Of a stretch of DNA of 64,000 nt, positions 29,677 through 39,377 are shown piece after piece. The position numbers were made by a program, and so were the translations under genes. The notes beneath the pieces are model-generated. The model ran no database searches. It was given only the letters and a program-made list of their open reading frames with translations, and was not told the origin of the DNA. The DNA comes from an uncultured Verrucomicrobiae bacterium (GTDB lineage Bacteria; Verrucomicrobiota; Verrucomicrobiia; Chthoniobacterales; JAATET01), in assembly GCA_963719495.1 (NCBI GenBank), contig CAVRCI010000003.1:128001-192000 (forward strand), in the 5' to 3' direction. Every line of letters starts with the position of its first letter. Position 1 is the first letter of the stretch.

Positions 29677-30219
29677 ATGTCCACCGAGCTGCCGCCCCGA
29701 CCCGCCACCGCTCCCGCCGACGGACCGTTCGCCTACGCGCTCGTCGTCAGCCAATACAACTCCGAGTTCACGAGCGCCCTCGCGACCAACGCGACCAACG
29801 AGCTTCGCACCATCGATCGCGAGGCCACCGTCGAGCAATTCGCAGTCCCCGGCGCCTTCGAAATCCCGCTCGCCGTCGATCTCCTCGCGGCCAAAGGTCG
29901 CTACGCCGCCATCATCGCCCTCGGAGTCATCATCCGCGGCGCGACCGACCACGCCGACCTCATTGCCGCCAGCATCACGAACGCCCTCCAGACCACCGCC
30001 ATCACCCACCGCACCCCCGTCATCCACGAAGTCCTCCTCGTCGCCGACGCCAATCAGGCCCGCGCCCGCTGCCTCGCCCCCGACCTCAACCGCGGCCTCG
30101 AAGCCGCCCGCGCCGCCGTCCAGGCCGCCCGCACCCTCCGCGCCATCCAATCCAGCGAACCCCCGACCGCATCCACATTCCCACCAATCACCAATCACCA
30201 GTCACCAATCACCAGCTAA
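29677..30219 (+). CDS. ribH: 6,7-dimethyl-8-ribityllumazine synthase
   Basis: VVSQYN, VPGAFEIP, LGVIIRGATDH; upstream of nusB. Confidence 0.93.
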   Translation: MSTELPPRPATAPADGPFAYALVVSQYNSEFTSALATNATNELRTIDREATVEQFAVPGAFEIPLAVDLLAAKGRYAAIIALGVIIRGATDHADLIAASITNALQTTAITHRTPVIHEVLLVADANQARARCLAPDLNRGLEAARAAVQAARTLRAIQSSEPPTASTFPPITNHQSPITS

Positions 30220-30222
30220 AAA

Positions 30223-30678
30223 ATGGGAGTCCGCAGAGAAGGCCGAGAGGCCGCCGTCCAATACCTATACCAGCACGACCTGAATCCGACCTCGGAGCTC
30301 ACGGACGTCGCCATCTTCTACAAAATGCGGGGCCTCAGCCCGGCCGCCCGCCGTTTCAGCGACGAGCTCATCCCCGGCATCCTCGCCGCGAAGGAAGAAA
30401 TCGACGCCCTGCTCGTCGCCAACATCGACAACTACGAGCTCAAGCGCCTGGCGGCCATCGACCGCAACGTCCTCCGCCTCTCCGTTTACGAGATGCTCCA
30501 CTGCCCACAGGTCCCGGCCGTCGTCTCGATCAACGAAGCCATCGACATCGCCAGAAAGTATTCCACCGACGAAAGCGGCAAATTCGTCAACGGAGTCCTC
30601 GACAAAATCCGAAAAGACCTCCCAAGAACCGACAAGCCGTTGACAACCCCACCCGACCCGGCCACTCCGGCCACCTGA
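30223..30678 (+). CDS. nusB: Transcription antitermination factor NusB
   Basis: RREGREAAVQYLYQ, IDRNVLRL, INEAIDIARKY, FVNGVLD. Confidence 0.95.
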   Translation: MGVRREGREAAVQYLYQHDLNPTSELTDVAIFYKMRGLSPAARRFSDELIPGILAAKEEIDALLVANIDNYELKRLAAIDRNVLRLSVYEMLHCPQVPAVVSINEAIDIARKYSTDESGKFVNGVLDKIRKDLPRTDKPLTTPPDPATPAT

Positions 30679-30768
30679 CCACCAGCCCAAAGGGCTCTAA
30701 AACCTGTCATGCTGAGCGGAGCGAAGCATCTCTGGCTTACACTCCTCACCTCACCCACCAGTCACCAA

Positions 30769-30858
30769 TGACTCGCTCGCTCCCGCTCGTCTCGCCCTTC
30801 GGGCTGCATCGCAGAGCCGATGCAGTCTGCCCCGCGGCTTCCCAGCCGCCGGTGCTCA
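30769..30858. repeat. 90-bp structured intergenic repeat, copy 1
   Basis: 82/90 identical to 55577-55666 by manual alignment. Confidence 0.9.
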
Positions 30859-30888
30859 CCAATTCTTAAACAACCGCGACCCGCCAAA

Positions 30889-31740
30889 ATGGCCTTCAAT
30901 TTCCTAAAGACTTTCGTCACGAACCTCACCGGCGGCAAACCAATCGACTGGGACGACTTGGAAGAGACCCTCATCCGCGCCGACCTCGGCGTCCCGATGG
31001 CCCTCCGCATCATGGAGAACCTCCAGGCCCGCGGCACCGACGTCACCGCCCGAGACGTCGCCGACGTCACCCGCTCCGAGATTTCCCAGGTCCTCGCCAT
31101 CAACGCCCCGCCACTCCGCCCCCTCCCCGCCAAGCCCAAGGCCATCATGATGGTCGGCGTCAACGGCACCGGAAAAACCACCTCCTCCGCCAAGCTCGCC
31201 CACGCCCTCAAGACCGACCGTCACAGCGTTCTCCTCGTCGCCGCCGACACCTTCCGCGCCGCCGCCATCGAGCAACTCACCCACTGGGGCGAACGCACCG
31301 GAGTCGAAGTGATGAAAGGCCAGTATCAGGGCGACTCCGCCGCCCTCTGCTACGACGCCTACGCCAGCGCCCACCGCCGCAACGTCGAGTTCCTCATCTG
31401 CGACACCGCCGGCCGCCTCCACACCAAAAGCAACCTCATGCAGGAGCTCGAAAAGGTCATCCGCACCCTGGCGAAGCACGACCCCGACTCTCCACACGAA
31501 AAGCTCCTCGTCGTCGACGCCACCACCGGCTCGAACGCCCTCGAGCAGGCCCGCCAATTCCACGCCGCCATCGGCCTCACCGGAATCGTCGTCACCAAAC
31601 TCGACGGCAGCGGCAAAGGCGGCATCATCGTCGCCATCCAGAACGAACTCGGGATCCCGCCAAGGTTCATCGGCACCGGCGAGCAACTCGACGACTTCGC
31701 CCCCTTCGACCGCGAAGACTTCGTAAACCGGATCCTTTAG
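30889..31740 (+). CDS. ftsY: Signal recognition particle receptor FtsY
   Basis: GVNGTGKTT, DTFRAAA, DTAGRLH, TKLDGSGKGG. Confidence 0.96.
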   Translation: MAFNFLKTFVTNLTGGKPIDWDDLEETLIRADLGVPMALRIMENLQARGTDVTARDVADVTRSEISQVLAINAPPLRPLPAKPKAIMMVGVNGTGKTTSSAKLAHALKTDRHSVLLVAADTFRAAAIEQLTHWGERTGVEVMKGQYQGDSAALCYDAYASAHRRNVEFLICDTAGRLHTKSNLMQELEKVIRTLAKHDPDSPHEKLLVVDATTGSNALEQARQFHAAIGLTGIVVTKLDGSGKGGIIVAIQNELGIPPRFIGTGEQLDDFAPFDREDFVNRIL

Positions 31741-31850
31741 CGGGTTTGGCGTCCTTGGCGCGAAAAAATTTATTCCTCCCGGAAAAGGTGCAGGCCGCCG
31801 CAACGAGTGTTGCGACGGCCTGCTGTTCCCCCCAGAACATCTTCATTTTA

Positions 31851-31866
31851 AGCAGGGGGCGTGCCA
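31851..31866 (-). promoter_or_regulatory. Sigma54 (-24/-12) promoter-like motif
   Basis: Minus strand TGGCACG-CCCC-CTGCT versus consensus TGGCACG-N4-TTGCW. Confidence 0.55.
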
Positions 31867-31886
31867 ACCTTTGAAATCTAACGCGA

Positions 31887-32450
31887 CTACTTCTTCGAAC
31901 GCCGGGTCACGAGCACCGAGAAAGTCACCGTGTCCGTGCCGTCTCTCAGCGTCTGCCGGATCTGCAACGAGCTTCCACGCAGGCGCAGATTTCCGTTCAC
32001 CAACCCGGTCAGCCCGTATCCACGCCCCAGAGCGGTGAAGCGACCGCCCTTCCGACGAAGATTGCCCGTACCCTTCGCCTTCACCGAGTCGTTGTTCAAT
32101 TTGTCGCGGAGCCGGAACAAGGCCCGACCATTCTCGGAAATCGTGTAATTCGAGGTGATCGCACCCCGCTTGTTGTTGCGGATGAAATTCCCCTCCACCT
32201 CGATTTGAAGCGATTTCTTACCCCGCGAAAGGCGTGAGACCACCTTCACCGGAGCCGAAAGCAGAGTCCGCTTCCCGTTTTTCTTGATCACAATGCGCTC
32301 GATCCCCCGATACGTCCCCCGCAGATCCCCAAATGCCGGGGCCGTCGCCGCCTGCACGGATATCGAGCTGCCAACGAGAGAGAAAATCGCCAGCCCGAGA
32401 GCAAAAAACTTCACTTGGCGAAGGGAGGGACGAACGGACGCTTTGATCAT
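31887..32450 (-). CDS. Very basic exported hypothetical protein
   Basis: Hydrophobic N-terminal segment ending VQA; K/R-rich beta-strand-like mature part. Confidence 0.7.
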   Translation of the reverse strand: MIKASVRPSLRQVKFFALGLAIFSLVGSSISVQAATAPAFGDLRGTYRGIERIVIKKNGKRTLLSAPVKVVSRLSRGKKSLQIEVEGNFIRNNKRGAITSNYTISENGRALFRLRDKLNNDSVKAKGTGNLRRKGGRFTALGRGYGLTGLVNGNLRLRGSSLQIRQTLRDGTDTVTFSVLVTRRSKK

Positions 32451-32724
32451 GCCGCAAACTAGATAGCGGATTTCCTCTCCGTCAAGACCCAACATCTTGT
32501 GCCGATCAGTAATTCTGCGGCGGAATGAACCGCCAACGACGCTTCACCCGCAGCCCCGTTCAGCAGAAGTTCAACCCTTTTTGGAGGAATCTTTGAACAA
32601 AGTTCGTGCAATCCGGTCGAAGCTTAACGTCGTTAAACAATTATTCCGACCATCGGTTCCGCACGAAAGTGCGTCGCCGAACGTAACATTAGAAGGAGCA
32701 TCCTGACAGCAGGGTGAAAATATT

Positions 32725-33570
32725 ATGGCCATCGAAGATACAGACACAGGATTCCAGCTCTACCTCCGTGAAATCGCGAAATTTCCGCTCCTCACCATTC
32801 AGGACGAAATCCGCCTCGCCGCGAAGATCAAAAAAGGAAACGCCGCCGCCCGCTCCGAGATGGTCCGCTGCAATCTCCGTCTCGTGGTCAAGATTGCCCG
32901 CGACTACCAAGGTCTCGGCCTCCCGTTGCTCGACTTGATTTCCGAAGGGAACATCGGTCTCATGAAAGCCGTCGAGCGCTTCGACCCCGAAAAAGGCGGT
33001 AAGCTCAGCACCTACGCCGCGTGGTGGATCAAGCAGTCGATCAAACGTTCGCTCGCCAATCAAAGCAAGACGATCCGGCTCCCCGTCCACCTCGTCGACA
33101 AGATTTCCAAGATCCGCCGCGTCGCCGTCCAGATGAGCGAGGAACTCGGTCGCGAACCGACCGATGACGAGCTCGCCGAGGAGATCGGGATCAATCCCGC
33201 CAAGGTGGCGCAGCTCAAAACGGCGGCCATCCGACCAGCATCCCTCGACGCCCCGATCGGTGATGATGAGTCGACGGAATTCGGTGACATCGTCGGCGAC
33301 GCGGAAGCGATGGACCCCTTCGAGCTCCTCCGGGACAAGGATTTGCGCGACGAAGTCGGCGATCTCCTCGGAACGCTCGACGACCGCGAGCGCAGCATCA
33401 TCAACTCGCGTTTCGGCTTGGACGGCGAAAAACCCAGCACGTTGGAAGAGGTCGGCGAGCGCTTCGGAGTCACCCGCGAACGCATTCGCCAGCTCCAAAA
33501 CATCGCCCTCCACAAGATGCGCAAGGCCCTGAACAAAAAAGAGAAGCCAAAGCTCGAAGCAATGGTGTAA
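32725..33570 (+). CDS. Sigma-70 factor, RpoD/RpoS-like, lacking region 1.1
   Basis: YLREI, NLRLVVKIA, DLISEGNIGLMKAVERFDP, TLEEVGERFGVTRERIRQ. Confidence 0.93.
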   Translation: MAIEDTDTGFQLYLREIAKFPLLTIQDEIRLAAKIKKGNAAARSEMVRCNLRLVVKIARDYQGLGLPLLDLISEGNIGLMKAVERFDPEKGGKLSTYAAWWIKQSIKRSLANQSKTIRLPVHLVDKISKIRRVAVQMSEELGREPTDDELAEEIGINPAKVAQLKTAAIRPASLDAPIGDDESTEFGDIVGDAEAMDPFELLRDKDLRDEVGDLLGTLDDRERSIINSRFGLDGEKPSTLEEVGERFGVTRERIRQLQNIALHKMRKALNKKEKPKLEAMV

Positions 33571-33591
33571 AGGCACAACCGGGCATTTTAG

Positions 33592-33622
33592 AAAGCGACT
33601 CCAGCGATGGAGTCGCTTTTTT
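33592..33622 (+). terminator. Intrinsic terminator
   Basis: AAAGCGACTCCA-GCGA-TGGAGTCGCTTT plus T tract. Confidence 0.85.
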
Positions 33623-33841
33623 GTGTCAGCGCGAAAGTCCGCAGCGCCAGCTGCGCCATCGTCCAAAAAGATAGGGCAGCCGGGCCCCGGGTGCCGTGAC
33701 CTTCACACCGCGCATCCAAGCCACGTCGACACGCCGCCGTGCGAAAACGCAACCCGGAGTATCCAGGAAAGCCGCCCATACCAAGCAACGCCCCGTCGCA
33801 ATCGCCGAACCCACCCAGTCCGGCGAAGCCGGACAAATCTC

Positions 33842-35218
33842 TTACAACGCAATCGCCGCCCCACCCGGATCCGGCACCACCACCTCGACCCCCGGCAGAC
33901 CGGCGGCCAACTGTCCGCGGAACCACTCCACCGCCGGCGGATCCCCGTGAACCAGCACGATCTTCTTCGGCTTCACCCGAAGCGCATAATCCAAGATCCG
34001 CTCCCGAGGAGCGTGGGCGCTGAAATTAAACTCCTTCACCGCACACTCCAGCGGCACCGCCGGTAATCGTCGGTCGAGCAAAACCTCGTCACCCCGCCGA
34101 CTCCGCCGCACCGCGCCCGACGGCGACTCCGGGTCCGAATACCCCACGAAGAAGAGACTTTGCTTAGGATCCGGCAAAATCTTCCGGCAGAACTTATTCG
34201 AAAGCGTGTTCTCCGTCATCATCCCGCTGGAAATCGCGTAAATCGCCCCCGGCTTCACCGCCAAAGCGTGACCCTCCGGACCCGACATCACGTGGGGCGA
34301 CATCTCGTTGAGCAATTGCAGCGAATTATGACTCCGATCCGGGCTCTCCGCCAATCGGTCGTAAGCGGTGGTGATCTTCGTGCTCAGTCCACCGATGAAA
34401 AGCGGCACGTGGCGCAGCCGCCCCCGCTTCTGAGCGTTCCAAAGGATGGCCAGCACTTCCTGAGTCTTCCCGAGCGCAAAAACCGGAATCGTCACGCTGC
34501 CTCCGTCCGAAATCGCCTCCTCGATCGCCTCCACGAACCGCGCCTCCTCGGCCTTGCGAGTGAAGCCCTCCGCGGAAGGCGAATCGCCCCGCGTCGTCTC
34601 CATGATCAACGTGTCGACGCCGTCCTCCGGAAATTCCGCCGCCTGCATCAGCGTCTGATCGTTGAAATTCACGTCCCCCGTGTAGAAAACACTCTTCCCC
34701 TCGCCGCGCACCATCACCCCGGACGAACCCAGAATGTGACCCGCGTGATACAGCTCCACCGTGGGCTCGTGACCGTCGCCCCGCCCGCGCTCGCCATCGA
34801 GCGTGAACTGCCGATTCGCCGGCACCATCGTCCACATCTGCTTCGAAAAATCCACGCCCCGGTGCGTGTAAAGCTGCACGTCGGCCAGATTCTCCTCCTC
34901 GGCCTGACGGCTCATCACGTTCACCGAATTCCGCAGCATCATCTCGCCGATTTTGAACGTCCCCTCCGACATGAACACCCGCGCGCTCTGCTCCCGCCGC
35001 GTCAGCACCGGCAGCGATCCGATGTGATCCTGGTGCGCGTGCGTCACCACGATCGCGTCGACGCTACCCTGCGGCACGCGCCCGTACTCCGGCAGCGCTT
35101 CCTGACCCCGGCCCTTGGGATGCGTCCCCGCGTCCAAAATCACCGACTTCCCGCCCACCTTCACCAAGTGGGAACTCGCACCAATCTCCGTCCGGCGCGC
35201 CAACGTCACAAATTCCAT
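33842..35218 (-). CDS. MBL-fold beta-CASP nuclease
   Basis: THAHQDHIG, AGHILGS, YTGD, FSAHA, LVHGD. Confidence 0.88.
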   Translation of the reverse strand: MEFVTLARRTEIGASSHLVKVGGKSVILDAGTHPKGRGQEALPEYGRVPQGSVDAIVVTHAHQDHIGSLPVLTRREQSARVFMSEGTFKIGEMMLRNSVNVMSRQAEEENLADVQLYTHRGVDFSKQMWTMVPANRQFTLDGERGRGDGHEPTVELYHAGHILGSSGVMVRGEGKSVFYTGDVNFNDQTLMQAAEFPEDGVDTLIMETTRGDSPSAEGFTRKAEEARFVEAIEEAISDGGSVTIPVFALGKTQEVLAILWNAQKRGRLRHVPLFIGGLSTKITTAYDRLAESPDRSHNSLQLLNEMSPHVMSGPEGHALAVKPGAIYAISSGMMTENTLSNKFCRKILPDPKQSLFFVGYSDPESPSGAVRRSRRGDEVLLDRRLPAVPLECAVKEFNFSAHAPRERILDYALRVKPKKIVLVHGDPPAVEWFRGQLAAGLPGVEVVVPDPGGAAIAL

Positions 35219-35383
35219 TCCCCGAGTGATAAACCCACGGCCCCCGCCGCGAAACAGAATTTTGGCCCGAGGAGAAGCCGCCGCCCTCCAGATCGCGACC
35301 AAACATCCCTAGCGGGTGGAAATCCCGCTCATCCAAACCGGAAAATCCCGCAACCAATCCGCGTTTCCGTGGTTCCATCCCCC

Positions 35384-36823
35384 GTGCTCGATCCTCTCCC
35401 GCCCTCCGATTGGACCCCCGCCCACGCCGCCCACCTCCTCGCCCGCGCGGGATTCGGCGGGACCACCGACGAAATCGCCAGCCTCCACGCCCTCGGATTC
35501 GAGGCCGCGGTCGATTCCATCGTCACAGGCGACGAGGACGCCGATCTCTTTCCCCCGCCACCCTGGACCGCGGATCCCCGGTCCGTCGCCGCCGTGCTCA
35601 ACGAGGAACTGGGAAAACCCGCCACCGCCACCGAGCGGATGGAACGCGCCCGCCAAGTTCGGCGGATCGAGCGCCCCCGCGAGGATGATCTGCTCGTCGG
35701 CTGGCTGCGCCGGATGCAATTCACGACGCATCCGCTGCGCGAAAAGATGACGCTTTTCTGGCACGACCACTTCGCGACCAGCAACCAGAAGGTCCAGGAC
35801 GCCCACTTCATGTGGGTTCAGAACGAGACCCTTCGCGCCCGCGCCCTCGGACCCTTCGGCTACCTCCTCGAGGAGATCTCGCGCGACCCCGCCATGCTCA
35901 AATGGCTCGATCTCGTTCGCAGCAACAAGAAGGAGCCGAACGAAAATTTCGCCCGCGAGTTCTTCGAGCTCTTCGCACTCGGCGAAGGCCACTACACCGA
36001 AGCCGACATCAAGGAATCCGCCCGAGCGTTCACCGGCTACCGCGTCGCCGGCCCGCAACGCCGGTTTCAATTCGCCCCCCGCCAACACGACGGCGGAGAC
36101 AAGACGATCCTCGGTCAGACCGGTGCCTTCGACGGCGACGACGTCGTTCAGCTCGCCCTCGCCAGCCCCGACTGCGCCCCGTTCCTGGCCGGAAAACTCT
36201 GGGCCTACTTCGTGTCGGATCAACCCAACCCCGAAGCCGTCGCCACCCTCGCCACCGAGCTTCGCAGCCACGACTACGAGATCGCCCCCGCCCTCCGCAC
36301 CCTCTTCCGCTCCGCCGCGTTCCACGATCCCAGCGTCCGCCGCAATCAAATCAAAAGCCCCGTTCAATGGCTCGTCCACACCTGCAAGATTCTCGAGATT
36401 CCGGTGCCCGACGCCCCCATCCTCACCGGCGCACTCGCGCAACTTGGCCAACTCCCGTTCATGCCGCCCAACGTCGGCGGCTGGGAATGGGGCCGCTCCT
36501 GGATCAATAGCACCACCCTCATCCTGCGCTACAACCTCGCCGGATTTCTCCTCGGCTCCCGCGAGAAACCCATCGAAAACCTCTTCAAGCCCGGCAACCA
36601 CTACGACGCCGCCGTCGAGGAACTCGCCCCCGCCGCGCTCCGGAAAGAACCCGACGCTCTCGCCGATTCCCTCGTCCGTCGCATCTTCGGCCCCGGGGAT
36701 TTCGCCAAACTCCGCGACCGCGTCCGTGTCGAGATCATCACCCTCTCGCCCACCCTCACCGACGACGACATCCGCACCGTCGTCCACCACCTCATGAGCA
36801 CCCCCGAATACCAACTCACGTGA
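35384..36823 (+). CDS. DUF1800 domain protein
   Basis: HLLARAGFG, EKMTLFWHDHFATS, PNENFAREFFELF, PPNVGGW, STPEYQL; GTG start inferred. Confidence 0.9.
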   Translation: MLDPLPPSDWTPAHAAHLLARAGFGGTTDEIASLHALGFEAAVDSIVTGDEDADLFPPPPWTADPRSVAAVLNEELGKPATATERMERARQVRRIERPREDDLLVGWLRRMQFTTHPLREKMTLFWHDHFATSNQKVQDAHFMWVQNETLRARALGPFGYLLEEISRDPAMLKWLDLVRSNKKEPNENFAREFFELFALGEGHYTEADIKESARAFTGYRVAGPQRRFQFAPRQHDGGDKTILGQTGAFDGDDVVQLALASPDCAPFLAGKLWAYFVSDQPNPEAVATLATELRSHDYEIAPALRTLFRSAAFHDPSVRRNQIKSPVQWLVHTCKILEIPVPDAPILTGALAQLGQLPFMPPNVGGWEWGRSWINSTTLILRYNLAGFLLGSREKPIENLFKPGNHYDAAVEELAPAALRKEPDALADSLVRRIFGPGDFAKLRDRVRVEIITLSPTLTDDDIRTVVHHLMSTPEYQLT

Positions 36824-36869
36824 GCCATCCGCAGCCACTCGACAATCGAAACTCGCAAATCGAAAATCC

Positions 36870-38168
36870 ATGAATCTCCACACCCGCCGCCGCTTCCTCC
36901 GCACTTCCGTCCTCGGGGGCGCGCTCGCCTCGACCCTCCCCGGCTTCGTCCACCGGACCTTTGCCGCCCTCGACGAGACCGCCGCCGCCAACTCCGCGAC
37001 CGCCATCGCCACCGGTCGCGACAACCCCATCCTCGTCATCCTCCAGCTCGCGGGCGGCAACGACGGTCTCAACACCGTCATCCCGTTCTCCGACGACGCC
37101 TACCACCGCGCCCGGCCGAAGCTCGCCATCTCCGCCGACAAGGTCCTCCGCGTTTCCGACACCCTCGGTCTGAACCCCCGACTGGCCGGCATCGCCGACC
37201 TCATCGCCCAAGGCCAGGGCTCCATCGTCCAGGGAGTCGGCTACCCGAACCCCAACCGCAGCCACTTTCGCTCCACCGAGATCTGGCAACGCGCCTCCGT
37301 CGATGCCAGCGAGTCCAGCGGCTGGGTCGGTCGCTACTTCGACGCCTGCTGCTCCGGCGAAGATCCCACCGTCGGCGTCGCCATCGGTCGCAGCACCCCC
37401 GAAGCCTTCGTCGGCCCGCAACCCCTCGGCGTCACCCTGGAAAATCCCGGTCGATTTCGGATCATGGACGACCCCGAAGCCTTCGCGCGGGAACTCGCCG
37501 CCGCCGGCGAGGACGCGACCGCCGTCGGCGACTCCGCCAACGAAGGCGGCTCGATCGAAATGCTCGACGGCGGGAACGAGCCCGTTGGAAGCGCCCTTGA
37601 TTTCGTCGACCGCGTCGCCCTCGACACGCGCATCGCCTCCGACCAAATCCTCGAAATCACCAAAAAGGCGAAGACCAGCACCGAATTCCCCCGCACCCAA
37701 CTCGGCCAGCAGCTCAAGCTCGTCAGCCAGCTCATTGCCGGCGGTATGACCACCCGCGTCTACTACGCCGGCCTCGGTGGGTTCGACACGCACGCCGGAC
37801 AGGAGAACCGCCACGACCAACTGCTCGGCAACGTCGACGAATCCGTCACCGCCTTCGTGAAAGACCTCAAAGCCCAGGGCAACTTCGACCGCGTCCTCCT
37901 CCTGACCTTCAGCGAATTCGGTCGCCGCGTCGCCGAGAACGACAGCGGCGGCACCGACCACGGGGCGGCCGCACCGCTCTTCATGGTCGGCGGCGGCATC
38001 AAGGGCGGCATCTTCGGAAAAACCCCCAGCCTCACCGACCTCGACCAGGGCGACGTCCGCTTCAACACCGACTTCCGCGGTGTCTACGCCAGCGTCCTCG
38101 AAGACTGGCTCAAAGTGCCCAGCAACAAAATCCTCGGCGAACAATTCACCAAACTTCCTCTCGTGTAG
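36870..38168 (+). CDS. DUF1501 domain protein, Tat-exported
   Basis: TRRRFL signal, GGNDGLNT, NRSHF, GGFDTH, SEFGRR, GTDHG. Confidence 0.92.
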   Translation: MNLHTRRRFLRTSVLGGALASTLPGFVHRTFAALDETAAANSATAIATGRDNPILVILQLAGGNDGLNTVIPFSDDAYHRARPKLAISADKVLRVSDTLGLNPRLAGIADLIAQGQGSIVQGVGYPNPNRSHFRSTEIWQRASVDASESSGWVGRYFDACCSGEDPTVGVAIGRSTPEAFVGPQPLGVTLENPGRFRIMDDPEAFARELAAAGEDATAVGDSANEGGSIEMLDGGNEPVGSALDFVDRVALDTRIASDQILEITKKAKTSTEFPRTQLGQQLKLVSQLIAGGMTTRVYYAGLGGFDTHAGQENRHDQLLGNVDESVTAFVKDLKAQGNFDRVLLLTFSEFGRRVAENDSGGTDHGAAAPLFMVGGGIKGGIFGKTPSLTDLDQGDVRFNTDFRGVYASVLEDWLKVPSNKILGEQFTKLPLV

Positions 38169-38235
38169 TCCGAAGCCCGCTCAAGGAACGGCGATTTGCA
38201 ATCGCCGCACCACCCCAAAGCGAAGCTCAATGACC

Positions 38236-38871
38236 TCACCCCAGCCGCGCAACAACCTCCCGACAATACCCCTCGGGATCCGCCGCCGATAGAATCCCGG
38301 AAACGATCACCACCCGCCGCGCTCCCGCCGCCACCACCTCCCCCAGATTTTCCGCCTTCACGCCGCCGATGCAAAACACCGGCACCCCCGCCGCCTCGGC
38401 GAAGTCCACGACCGCCCGCACGTCCCCCAATCCAACCGGCGCGTAATCCGGCTTCGTCGGCGTCGCGAAAAGCGGCCCAAACCCGATGTAGTCCGCCCCG
38501 GCGGCCACCGCCGCTTTCGCCTGATCGACGCTGTGCGTCGACTTCCCGATCAGCGCACCGTCTCCCGCGAGCCGCCGCGCCTCCGCCACCGACAAATCAT
38601 CCTGCCCCACGTGCGCCCCGTCCGCGCCGCAACCCGCGACCAAGCCCGCGTGGTCGTTCAGCACAAACGGAACTCCCGCCTCACCGCAAATCGGCGCAAC
38701 TCGCCGCGCCAATTTCAAAACTTCGTCTTCGCTCGCCCGCTTCGCCCGCAGCTGAACGATCCCCACACCGCCTGCGATCATCGCCCGAGTCATCGACTCG
38801 ACGTCGTCCGCCGCCACGTAACCCAAGTCCAGAATCCCGTAAAGTCGCGCTTCTTTCATCCCGGCCTTCAT
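38236..38871 (-). CDS. thiE: Thiamine phosphate synthase
   Basis: VQLRAK, LND, GAHVGQDD, GKSTHS, GPLFATPTK, IGG. Confidence 0.95.
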   Translation of the reverse strand: MKAGMKEARLYGILDLGYVAADDVESMTRAMIAGGVGIVQLRAKRASEDEVLKLARRVAPICGEAGVPFVLNDHAGLVAGCGADGAHVGQDDLSVAEARRLAGDGALIGKSTHSVDQAKAAVAAGADYIGFGPLFATPTKPDYAPVGLGDVRAVVDFAEAAGVPVFCIGGVKAENLGEVVAAGARRVVIVSGILSAADPEGYCREVVARLG

Positions 38872-39140
38872 AACCGAAGCGAAGCCGACAATCGATCAGG
38901 TTTCCGAAACACAATGACTCGAAGGCCCGCTGCCGCCTGTGCGACGCCCGTCGCCGCCCGTTTCGCCGACGGCCCTCAACGTCCCGAGCGAGCCAATCAT
39001 GTTGAGATCACCCATCGGCACAAAAACTTTGATCGGAGGCCTGAAGTCGTCCGAGGAACGGCGCGAATCCAGATCGACGGACGGACAGTTCGGCTGAAAG
39101 CCGACAACCAACGCCGTTTTTCGCGACCCGTCGCTGTCGA

Positions 39141-39154
39141 TTGACCGCGGTCAA
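39141..39154. promoter_or_regulatory. Perfect palindrome TTGACCGCGGTCAA (FNR-box-like)
   Basis: TTGAC-N4-GTCAA in the accC-thiE intergenic region. Confidence 0.4.
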
Positions 39155-39377
39155 AAAGCAGCTCGACGGCACGTGACGACTCCGCCAGGAGGGATGTCTC
39201 GTCGCCTCGTTCGGGCCGTTTCCTTGAGAATTGTCGAATAAATCGCCGTAATTCGGTCGGCCAAGCGGGGAGAGGGCGTCCCGCCCTCTCGATTCAAGCG
39301 CGAGGACGAGACGTCCTCGCCCCGTTTCCATCGGTCTCGCGGGCAAGCGGACGATTGGTGAAATCTGCGCCCACCAC

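Noticed and set aside
38875..39000. Possible TPP riboswitch upstream of thiE (AACCTGATC on the minus strand)
   Set aside because: The CTGAGA motif and the downstream TAATGC...GCGTAGG elements are absent; only one short word matches
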